This document shows positions 56,940 through 64,000 of a DNA stretch of 64,000 nt, in pieces; within the stretch, counting starts at the first letter, position 1; each line of letters begins with the position of its first letter. This stretch comes from Deltaproteobacteria bacterium (GTDB lineage Bacteria; Myxococcota_A; UBA9160; UBA4427). The stretch is from assembly GCA_029261855.1 (NCBI GenBank), contig JAJDAN010000032.1:325502-389501 (forward strand), written 5' to 3'. Below the pieces are notes generated by a model. It saw only the letters and a list, made by a program, of their open reading frames with translations. It made no database searches and was not told the origin of the DNA. A program made the translations under genes and the position numbers.

Positions 56940-57749
56940 CTAGCTGCGCGTGGCGGGCTTCACCGCGCAGGTGGCGATGTACTCGCACAGGTAGTCGCGC
57001 AGGGGGCCCCGCCATTCGGCGCCGCTGCGATGGCACTCGTCGAAGCCGATGATCTGGAAGCCCGCCGCGAGCTGGCCGCCGATCTGGTCGGCGAGGCTGT
57101 GACCGAACTCGACGGGTTCGCCGCGTTCGCGGCGGACAGCGAGCCCTTCGGGCGGCAGGTCGCGAAGGTCGGAATAGGGCACCGCGTAGCGGACGACTCG
57201 CTCGCCGGTGTCCTCGAAGAGGTCGTTGTCGAAGATGTAGACGGCCGGGTTCATGAACCCCGCGAGCAGACGTCCGCCCGGGCGCAGCACGCGGAAGGCC
57301 TCGCGCCAGATCGGCCGTACGTCGGCGGCGAAGACGTTCGACACGGGGTGGAACACGAGGTCGAAGCTCGCGTCCTCGATTGCCGAGAGATCGGCCATGT
57401 CGCCCTGTATCGTTTCGATCTCGAGGCCGTGCTCGTCGGAGACCCCGCGGTCGCGGGCGAGCTGCGCGGGTGAGTTGTCGAAGACGGTGACCCTCGCGCC
57501 GGCCGCGGCCAGTACCGGGCCTTGCTGGCCACCACCGGAGGCCAGGCAAAGCAGGTCGCGCCCGGCGACGTCGCCGCCGAACCAGTCGCGCGGAGTCGGG
57601 CGCGTGCTGATGAGCACGACGCTCCAGTCGCCGCGACGGGCCGCGTCCAGCACATCCGCGCCGACGGGCCGTGTCCACATGTTGTCTTCGGCGACCTGGC
57701 GATCCCAGGCTTCGCGGTTGTACGAGACGGCGTCGATCTTGACGGCCAT
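56940..57749 (-). CDS. class I SAM-dependent methyltransferase
   Basis: Internal ATG 57749. 269 aa. Has motif I LLCLASGGGQQGPVLAAAGARVTVFDNS, a post-I acidic residue, and LRPGGRLL (motif III-like). Confidence 0.85.
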   Translation of the reverse strand: MAVKIDAVSYNREAWDRQVAEDNMWTRPVGADVLDAARRGDWSVVLISTRPTPRDWFGGDVAGRDLLCLASGGGQQGPVLAAAGARVTVFDNSPAQLARDRGVSDEHGLEIETIQGDMADLSAIEDASFDLVFHPVSNVFAADVRPIWREAFRVLRPGGRLLAGFMNPAVYIFDNDLFEDTGERVVRYAVPYSDLRDLPPEGLAVRRERGEPVEFGHSLADQIGGQLAAGFQIIGFDECHRSGAEWRGPLRDYLCEYIATCAVKPATRS

Positions 57750-57820
57750 GACGCGGGAGCCTAGCCGCTGGCGGTTGCCGGGGCCTGCCGCCTGGCGGCC
57801 GAGGTGGTTAGACTCGCGTC

Positions 57821-58828
57821 GTGTCCGAGACCTCCTCCTGCCCCCCGCCTGGCACCCCGGCAACGCTGCCTGCCTTCTCGGTCGTGATCGAATGGGAGAA
57901 CGCCAAGCTCTCGGACTTCGAGCGGGCGCGACGCATGCTCGAAACCCTGGGTGAGCAGATCCGCGCGCTTCGTTCGCGGCTGCCGGGACCTCCGGAGGTG
58001 GTGCTGCTCTGCGACCGGGAAGAGATGGACGGCAAGGCGGTGCAGGAAGCCGTCGCCGAAACCCTGGGCGACCCGGACCTGGCCGTGCTGAAATTCGTGG
58101 AGACCGACGGCGCGGACTACTTCCAGCAGAAGAACATCGGTGTCCGGCATGCGGAAAGTGAAGTCGTGATCCTGCTCGACAGTGACGTGGTGCCCCAACG
58201 AGGCTGGCTGGAGGCGCTGGTGGGGGCCATGGCCGACCCCGAGCGGGACGTGGTGGCGGGGCAGACCGCCATGTCGCTGGAATCGTTCAGCGGCCGGGCC
58301 TTCGCGCTCTTCTGGATCTTCCCGCCCGAGCGCGGGGGTGACGCGATTCGTTCGACGGACCATTTCCACGCGAACAACGTGGCGTTTCGTCGCGCTCAGT
58401 TCCTGGCGGATCCGTTCCCGGACCTCGACGCTGCGCGTGGGCAGTCGACCCTGCTCGGGCAGCATCTCGCCGCTGCGGGCCGGCGGATGTTCCTCCACGA
58501 AGGCGCGCGCGTGGTGCACGCACCCCCCAACGGCTTCTTGCACCTGGCGCGTCGCGCCATGAACCAGGGTCGCGACGACTATCTCATCGCGAACGAGCGC
58601 GACCCGCACCACTATCGATCGCGTCTGGCCAACACCCTGTGGCGCTTTCGCAAGCGCGTGCTGCGCGCCGGGAAGCGCATCGTCAAGAAGCCGCGCACCG
58701 TGGGATTCGGCGCACTGGGGGCGCTGGGCGCCGCTGGGCTCGCCTTCAGCTACTACGCGTTCTATGCGATCGGTCTCGCGATCACACTCGTTGATCGCGA
58801 CTGGGTGGGCCGGCGACTGCCCATCTGA
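57821..58828 (+). CDS. glycosyltransferase family 2-like protein with a C-terminal TM segment
   Basis: GTG start. 335 aa. Has FSVVIEWENA..., ILLDSDVVP (DxD) and the C-terminal hydrophobic stretch GFGALGALGAAGLAFSYYAFYAIGLAITLV. Confidence 0.75.
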   Translation: MSETSSCPPPGTPATLPAFSVVIEWENAKLSDFERARRMLETLGEQIRALRSRLPGPPEVVLLCDREEMDGKAVQEAVAETLGDPDLAVLKFVETDGADYFQQKNIGVRHAESEVVILLDSDVVPQRGWLEALVGAMADPERDVVAGQTAMSLESFSGRAFALFWIFPPERGGDAIRSTDHFHANNVAFRRAQFLADPFPDLDAARGQSTLLGQHLAAAGRRMFLHEGARVVHAPPNGFLHLARRAMNQGRDDYLIANERDPHHYRSRLANTLWRFRKRVLRAGKRIVKKPRTVGFGALGALGAAGLAFSYYAFYAIGLAITLVDRDWVGRRLPI

Positions 58829-58838
58829 GCTGCCTCGA

Positions 58839-59867
58839 TCACGGCTCCTGGCCGAGCGATCTGCGCAGCGCGCGTCGCAGCCTGGCACCGGGCAAGAGCG
58901 CCCGGGTGAGTTCCGGTGCCGCCTCGCGAACGACGCCGCGCAGCCCGGCGCGACCCGCTTCGCGCAGCACCTTCCCCCACATCTCGCTCGCGGCGGCGCG
59001 CACTTCCGGGGCCAGGGTCGTCTCCTCGGAATGCCGACGCGCCAGCTCTTCGAGCCAGGCGCCGGCCCAGGCGACGAAATCGGCGTCGATTCCCTGCCGC
59101 ATGCGTTCGCTGCGGCCGGTCAGGCGCATGTGGCGTTCGAGGTCTTCGGGGCTCGGGTCGAGCCCCGCTTCGCGCAGGCGCGCTTCGAAGATCCGGCGAC
59201 GGATGGCCTCGCGTTCGGGATGTGGCTGCTCGGTGACGCGATCCGGGTGATGCCGGAACAGGACCAGCGGCCTTTGCAGCGCCCGGACATCGCCGTCGCG
59301 TGCGAGTCTCCCGAACAGCTCGAGGTCCTGGGACACGCTGCAGGTCTCGTCGTAGCGCGCGGCGGCCAGGACGTCCCGGCGGATCATCATCGTCGATTGC
59401 CGCGGTGCGCAGCGAAAGCACAGGGTGAACGCCAGTGCCGCGCGGGATTGGGGGCAGCGGTGGATGCGCCGTTCGAGGCTGCCGTCCTCGCGCATGGCGC
59501 GCGCCCAGGCGCCGACGGCGCTGACGTCCGGGTTCGCGTCGAGGAAGCGAACCTGCTCGGCCAGTCGCGTCGGAAGCGAGCGGTCGTCGCTGTCGAGCAG
59601 TGCCAGGTACTCCCCCCGCGCGAGGTCGATGCCGCGGTTGCGGCTGCGTGGGATGCCCAGGTTCTTCTCGTTGTGCTCGAGTCGCACGCGAGCGTCACCG
59701 CGGGCGATCTCGGTCACCACGTCGGTCGTGCCGTCTGTCGAGCCATCGTCGAGCACGATGCACTCGAAGTCCGTGAAGGTCTGACTGAGCGTGCTCGCGA
59801 TCGCCTCTCCGACCAGCCGTTCGCGGTTCCAGGCCGGAATGAAGACGCTCACGCGGGGAGCGCTCAA
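58839..59867 (-). CDS. glycosyltransferase family 2
   Basis: TTG 59867 forms a TTGA overlap with the NUDIX stop (GTG 59852 is an alternative). Reads (M)SAPRVSVFIPAWNRERLVGEAIASTLSQTFTDFECIVLDDGSTDGT with LLDSDD (DxD). The rest of ORF 58839..60188 is NUDIX read out of frame. Confidence 0.85.
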   Translation of the reverse strand: MSAPRVSVFIPAWNRERLVGEAIASTLSQTFTDFECIVLDDGSTDGTTDVVTEIARGDARVRLEHNEKNLGIPRSRNRGIDLARGEYLALLDSDDRSLPTRLAEQVRFLDANPDVSAVGAWARAMREDGSLERRIHRCPQSRAALAFTLCFRCAPRQSTMMIRRDVLAAARYDETCSVSQDLELFGRLARDGDVRALQRPLVLFRHHPDRVTEQPHPEREAIRRRIFEARLREAGLDPSPEDLERHMRLTGRSERMRQGIDADFVAWAGAWLEELARRHSEETTLAPEVRAAASEMWGKVLREAGRAGLRGVVREAAPELTRALLPGARLRRALRRSLGQEP

Positions 59868-60292
59868 GGGCGCTGACCCAGCCTGCGTGCGGCTTCCTCG
59901 ACGAGCGCTCGCGACCCCGGGAACTCGATCATCACGGCTGCTTCGGCGAAGGGTGTCCAGCGCAGGGCGCGGTCCTCGTCGGCGGGGGCATCGCCCAGGT
60001 AGTGCATCAGGAAGTAGAGGGCCCGCACGTCCTGGGTGCCCTTGCCCGGACGCGCCGCCTTCTGATAGGCGTCGACCCCGAGTTCTTCCACGGCCTCGCA
60101 CACGACGCCGGCCTCTTCGCGCACCTCGCGCACCGCGCACTCGGCGGCGGTCTCGCCGGCTTCGATGTGGCCCTTGGGGAGCACCCAATGGTCGCCGTCG
60201 CTGCTGCGCACCAGCAGCACCCGGTCGTCGCGGATCACGACTCCGCCCGCGTGCGTGTAGTCCGGCGTAGAAGTCGGCGTAGAAGTCGGCAT
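59864..60292 (-). CDS. NUDIX hydrolase
   Basis: Internal ATG 60292. 142 aa. The Nudix box is GHIEAGETAAECAVREVREEAGV (GX5EX7REUXEEXGU). The N-terminus MPTSTPTSTPDY is encoded by a 12-bp tandem duplication (GGCGTAGAAGTC at 60264 and 60276). Confidence 0.85.
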   Translation of the reverse strand: MPTSTPTSTPDYTHAGGVVIRDDRVLLVRSSDGDHWVLPKGHIEAGETAAECAVREVREEAGVVCEAVEELGVDAYQKAARPGKGTQDVRALYFLMHYLGDAPADEDRALRWTPFAEAAVMIEFPGSRALVEEAARRLGQRP

Positions 60293-60405
60293 AGAGTTCG
60301 GCAGCTCGCCCTCCTGGGCCTGTGCGTCACGGACGCGACGGGAGGCTAAGGTAGCCGACGCGGTCCGCCGACGACGTGTCGGCAAGTGGACTGGTGGGAG
60401 CCCAG

Positions 60406-61662
60406 ATGAGCCTCGACTACGAGCCCTTCTCCAGCGCCTTCCGGGACGATCCGTATCCCGCCTACGCCGCGCTTCGCGAGCACGCGCCCGTCCACCGCTC
60501 GCCGGAATCCGGCAGCTGGTGCATATCGCGCTACGAAGACGTGAGCTTCGTCCTCAAGAATCCGGATCTGTTCTCGTCGAGCGCGATGCAGGACGTCCTG
60601 ATGGACGGGGATCTCGGTGGACTGACGCCTCGCTACCTGTGGTTCATCGTCAAGTTCCTGTGGCAGACCCGGATCCATCCCTTCGAGATCCAGCGCGCGG
60701 GCAACCTCGTCAGCATGGATCCGCCCCGCCACGACGCCATGCGCAACATCGTCAACCGCGGCTTCACGCCGCGGCGAATCGCTGCGTGGGAAGGACGCGC
60801 GCGCGAGATCGTGTCCCAGCAGATGCGCCTCATCGAAGCGCGCGGCGCCTTCGACCTCGTCGAGGACCTGGCGATCCCGCTCCCCGTCACGATCATTGCC
60901 GAGATGCTCGGCGTCGAGCCGGACCGAAAGTCCGACTTCAAGCGCTGGAGTGACGCCATCGTCGCGCTCGCTTCGGGGTCCGCCAAGGAGAACCCCTTCG
61001 AATCGGGTGTGCTCGACAGCTTTGCCGAGTTGTTCGGTTACCTGAAGGGAATGGTGCGCGCCCGTCGCCGCGCTCCCCAGGACGACCTGATCAGCGTGCT
61101 CGTGGATCCCGCCCAGCAGGACGTTCTGCGGGAGCTCGACGTGGTGCTGTTCGTGGTGCTGCTGCTCGTTGCGGGCAACGAGACTACGACGAATCTCATT
61201 GGCAACGCGGTGAATGCCCTGCTCGATCACCCGGAGTCCCTCGCGCGGGTGGCCGCCGACCCGACTCTGGTGCCCGGGCTCATCGACGAGACCCTGCGCT
61301 ACGACGCCCCCATCCAGCTGATCTTCCGCACGGCCACCCGGGACGTCGAGATCGCCGGGACGACGATCCCGAAGGGCGGGATGGTGACCGGCATCCTGGG
61401 CAGCGCGAACCGCGACGAGTCCCGCTTCGCCCGGGCCGACGTATTCGACATCGACCGCGACGCCCGCGGTCACCTGGGCTTCGGACTGGGGGTCCACTAC
61501 TGCCTGGGGTCGTCGCTGGCGCGGCTGGAAGCGCGCGTCGCCCTCGAAGCCCTCGTGCCCGAGCTGCCGCGCTTGAAGTCCGTCGGCCCGCGGAACGAGC
61601 TGATCGATTCGTTCCTGATCCGCGGCCGAAGGCACCTGCACCTCGCGTACGGGAACGCCTGA
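60406..61662 (+). CDS. cytochrome P450
   Basis: ATG 60406, 5 nt after GGGAG (GTG 60376 is an alternative). 418 aa. Has I-helix LVAGNETTTN, ETLRY (ExxR) and heme loop FGLGVHYCLGSSLA. Confidence 0.9.
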   Translation: MSLDYEPFSSAFRDDPYPAYAALREHAPVHRSPESGSWCISRYEDVSFVLKNPDLFSSSAMQDVLMDGDLGGLTPRYLWFIVKFLWQTRIHPFEIQRAGNLVSMDPPRHDAMRNIVNRGFTPRRIAAWEGRAREIVSQQMRLIEARGAFDLVEDLAIPLPVTIIAEMLGVEPDRKSDFKRWSDAIVALASGSAKENPFESGVLDSFAELFGYLKGMVRARRRAPQDDLISVLVDPAQQDVLRELDVVLFVVLLLVAGNETTTNLIGNAVNALLDHPESLARVAADPTLVPGLIDETLRYDAPIQLIFRTATRDVEIAGTTIPKGGMVTGILGSANRDESRFARADVFDIDRDARGHLGFGLGVHYCLGSSLARLEARVALEALVPELPRLKSVGPRNELIDSFLIRGRRHLHLAYGNA

Positions 61663-61761
61663 GGGGACCTGTACGCTGGCGCCCGCGTCCGGGCGACATC
61701 TTTCGTTTCGCGTGTACGCAGCGGCTGACACTGCAATCGGACGAGGTTAAGCTGCCCGGCG

Positions 61762-62481
61762 ATGGCAAGCTTCGTCCTCGTACACGGTGCCTGGCACGGC
61801 GGTTGGTGCTGGGACAAGCTGGTGCGCGCACTTCGGGAATCCGGTCACGAGGTCGTCGCCCCGGACCTGCCCGGTCACGGGGACGACACGACACCTCAGG
61901 AAGTCGTCGATCTCCAGGCGTACACCGATCGCGTATGCGAAGCAGTGGACGCGATCCCCGGGGAAGTCGTGCTGGTGGGCCACAGCCTGGGCGGGCTCAC
62001 GATCAGTCAAGTGGCCGAGCATCGTGCCGATCGGCTGCGCTGTCTGGTCTTCCTGGCCGCGTTCATTCCCGGGCCCGACGGAGACATTGCCGACAACACG
62101 GGCATCGCCGCACAGGCGCTTCGCGAGGCCACGCACCTGAGCGACGACGGGCATTCGCTCTGCTTCGATCCCCTTCACGTGCGCGAGATCTTCTATGCCG
62201 ATTGCAGCGACGCCGACGTAGAACGCGCGCAAGCAAAGCTCTGTCCCCAACCCCAGGGCGTCTTCCGCAGCCACCTCGAGCTGTCGGAAGAAGGCTACGG
62301 CCGCGTTCCCCGGGACTACATCGTCTGCCTGCAGGACCGGGCCCTGCCCGTCGAAGGTCAGCGCGGCTTGATCGATCGCTATGGCTGCCGCAACGTCTAT
62401 TCCATGGACCGCAGCCATTCGCCGTTCTTCTCGGCTCCCGCCGAGCTGGCGAAGATCCTGGGTGAGATCGCTGACGGTTGA
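61762..62481 (+). CDS. alpha/beta hydrolase (SABP2 / methylesterase-like subfamily)
   Basis: 239 aa. Has FVLVHGAWHGGWCWDKL, the nucleophile elbow VGHSLGG, and a C-terminal DRSHSPFFS (catalytic His). Confidence 0.85.
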   Translation: MASFVLVHGAWHGGWCWDKLVRALRESGHEVVAPDLPGHGDDTTPQEVVDLQAYTDRVCEAVDAIPGEVVLVGHSLGGLTISQVAEHRADRLRCLVFLAAFIPGPDGDIADNTGIAAQALREATHLSDDGHSLCFDPLHVREIFYADCSDADVERAQAKLCPQPQGVFRSHLELSEEGYGRVPRDYIVCLQDRALPVEGQRGLIDRYGCRNVYSMDRSHSPFFSAPAELAKILGEIADG

Positions 62482-63592
62482 TCTCGATCGACGCTTCGTC
62501 GCGCTCGACTCGCCGACGTCGCGCCAGAACCCGGTGGGCTATCACGGCTGCCAGGGCACCTACGTGACCCGCGCCGGAGACCGCCCGCGCATCGCGTTCA
62601 TCGCGACCCACTACAACGTCGACTTCAGCGAGCACTACCTCGGCGCGTACATGGCCGAGCGCGGCTACGGATTCCTCGGTTGGAACACGCGCTTCCGAGG
62701 TGCGGAGCCCTACTTCCTGCTCGAGCACGCGCTCATCGACATCGGGGCCGGCGTGCGATGGTTGCGGGAAGAGGCCGGCGTCGAGCAGGTGGTGCTGCTC
62801 GGCAACTCCGGTGGCGGATCGCTGATGGCCGCCTATCAGTCCCAGGCCCTCGAGCCGAGCATTCGTCCGGCGCGCGGATTGCCCCTTCCCGAAGCGGTGA
62901 AGAGCCTGCTTCCCGGTGACTACTACATCTCGCTCAACGCACACCAGGGCCGGCCCGAGGTGCTGACTGCGTGGTTCGATCCCGCGGTCAGCGACGAGAC
63001 GGACCCGGCCTCCATCGACCCGGCGCTCGACATGTACGATCCGAAGAACGGCCCGCCCTACGCGCCGGATTTCATCGCCCGTTACCGCGCCGCCCAGGAG
63101 GCGCGCAACCACCGCATCACCGACTGGGCGATCGCAGAGCTCGAACGCCTGAACGCCCGGGGAATCCCGGACCGGCTCTTCAATCTGTACCGGACCTGGG
63201 CGGACCTGCGCCTGATGGACGGCAGCATCGACCCGTCGGACCGAAAGGTGGGTATCTGCTATGCGGGCGATCCCAAGCGCGCGAACTACAGCCCCTTCGG
63301 CATCGGGTCGTCGAATACCCTGCGTACGTGGCTTTCCATGTGGAGCCTACGTGAATCGGACTGCTGCGGAGCGCCGCACCTGCGCCGCATCCTGCAGCCT
63401 TCCCTCGTGATCCAGAGCCTCGAAGACACGGGCTGCTTCCCGAGCGACGCGCACATCATCCACGAAAGCCTGGGCGCACGGGACAAGCAGCTCGAGCTGA
63501 TGGGCGGCGACCACTATCTGGTAGAGCCCGCCCCGGCGCGCGCGCAGGTCGCCGATCGCATCGCGGGCTGGCTGGGCGAGCGCGCCGAGTAG
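62462..63592 (+). CDS. alpha/beta hydrolase
   Basis: The start is uncertain: GTG 62462 overlaps the upstream gene by 20 nt, and GTG 62534 is the alternative. Has LLGNSGGGS (GxSxG) and a C-terminal GGDHY (His). About 376 aa. Confidence 0.7.
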   Translation: MRSLTVDLDRRFVALDSPTSRQNPVGYHGCQGTYVTRAGDRPRIAFIATHYNVDFSEHYLGAYMAERGYGFLGWNTRFRGAEPYFLLEHALIDIGAGVRWLREEAGVEQVVLLGNSGGGSLMAAYQSQALEPSIRPARGLPLPEAVKSLLPGDYYISLNAHQGRPEVLTAWFDPAVSDETDPASIDPALDMYDPKNGPPYAPDFIARYRAAQEARNHRITDWAIAELERLNARGIPDRLFNLYRTWADLRLMDGSIDPSDRKVGICYAGDPKRANYSPFGIGSSNTLRTWLSMWSLRESDCCGAPHLRRILQPSLVIQSLEDTGCFPSDAHIIHESLGARDKQLELMGGDHYLVEPAPARAQVADRIAGWLGERAE

Positions 63593-63640
63593 CCCTCAGG
63601 CCGCATCGCCCTCAGTCCGCGCAACCCTCAGTCCGCATAG
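63593..63640. repeat. 16-bp tandem repeat x3 (CCCTCAG[G/T]CCGCNNNN)
   Basis: Read directly: 63593 CCCTCAGGCCGCATCG, 63609 CCCTCAGTCCGCGCAA, 63625 CCCTCAGTCCGCATAG. The third unit contains the last codons and the TGA stop of the minus-strand sulfatase. Confidence 0.8.
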
Positions 63641-64000
63641 CCCAGGGCCCGCAAGCGCGCGCGGGCCTCTGGGTCGACGACGTGCCCGTCCGCGTCCGGC
63701 TCGCGCGTCATCGCCGGCTGACAGGCGGCGAGCCAGGTCTCGGAAGCTTCTCGCATGGCGGCGGTCCGTTCCGGGTGGGTTCGGGCCAGATTGCGGGTCT
63801 CGCCGGGGTCATCGCGCAGCTGGTAGAGCTCGCTGGTGTCGGTGTCGACGTTCCAGATCGACTTCCACGGGCCCTGGCGTGCGACGACGTTGTGCTCGCC
63901 GCGTGCCTCGCGGACGGGGCGCGAGTACTTCTTGCGGTTGATGCGCATGCCCGTGACGCGGATCGCGTCCCGCTCGCTGGCGGTGGCGGACCCCGCTTCG
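63628..64000 (-). CDS. sulfatase, C-terminal part (5' end lies outside the window)
   Basis: The frame stays open from 63628 to the window edge (...EAGSATASERDAIRVTGMRINRKKY...). The box SELYQLRDDPGETRNLA is the typical sulfatase C-terminal ELYDL..DP.E..NL motif. Confidence 0.75.
   Translation of the reverse strand, partial: EAGSATASERDAIRVTGMRINRKKYSRPVREARGEHNVVARQGPWKSIWNVDTDTSELYQLRDDPGETRNLARTHPERTAAMREASETWLAACQPAMTREPDADGHVVDPEARARLRALGYAD

Overview
GC-rich chromosomal segment (roughly two-thirds G+C by eye, not computed) from a diderm bacterium; PEP-CTERM sorting signals imply an exosortase host. All calls come from reading the ORF translations and the DNA, with no database search. 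About 55 protein genes are supported. Core genes: a 10-gene complex I operon in the order nuoA-E-F-G-H-J-K-L-M-N, sucA-sucB-lpdA, serS-selB, a DEAD-box helicase and a PlsC-type acyltransferase. A tight six-gene same-strand array runs from a long sulfite/nitrite reductase through an unknown-domain-rhodanese fusion, a DUF4202-like protein and a CysK-like enzyme to an SDR and a P450. Accessory genes: three PEP-CTERM-type secreted proteins, two sulfatases, lacZ, a second SDR and P450, an APH-like phosphotransferase, a ThuA-like protein, a spermidine-synthase-like membrane fusion, a DUF2339/DUF3999 pair, an SLC4-type anion transporter, two GT2 glycosyltransferases, NUDIX, two alpha/beta hydrolases, a Coq4-family protein, and a LysR-pirin-nitroreductase divergon. 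I recognised no rRNA, tRNA (including tRNA-Sec), CRISPR array, transposase, integrase or classical defence gene. No clearly new multi-gene system is demonstrable from sequence alone. The leads I rank highest are: (1) the complex I operon, which lacks exactly the four Q-module genes at seamless junctions; (2) the sulfur-assimilation array with uncharacterised components; (3) the 48.1-41.9 kb minus-strand array containing DUF2339/DUF3999; (4) the bacterial SLC4 homologue with a trailing micro-ORF, next to a lower-GC islet of small membrane ORFs with an apparent frameshift; (5) a PEP-CTERM gene whose 3' end is a 15-bp tandem repeat encoding a Cys-Ser-Arg pentapeptide tail. Several short tandem or inverted repeats lie in intergenic regions.
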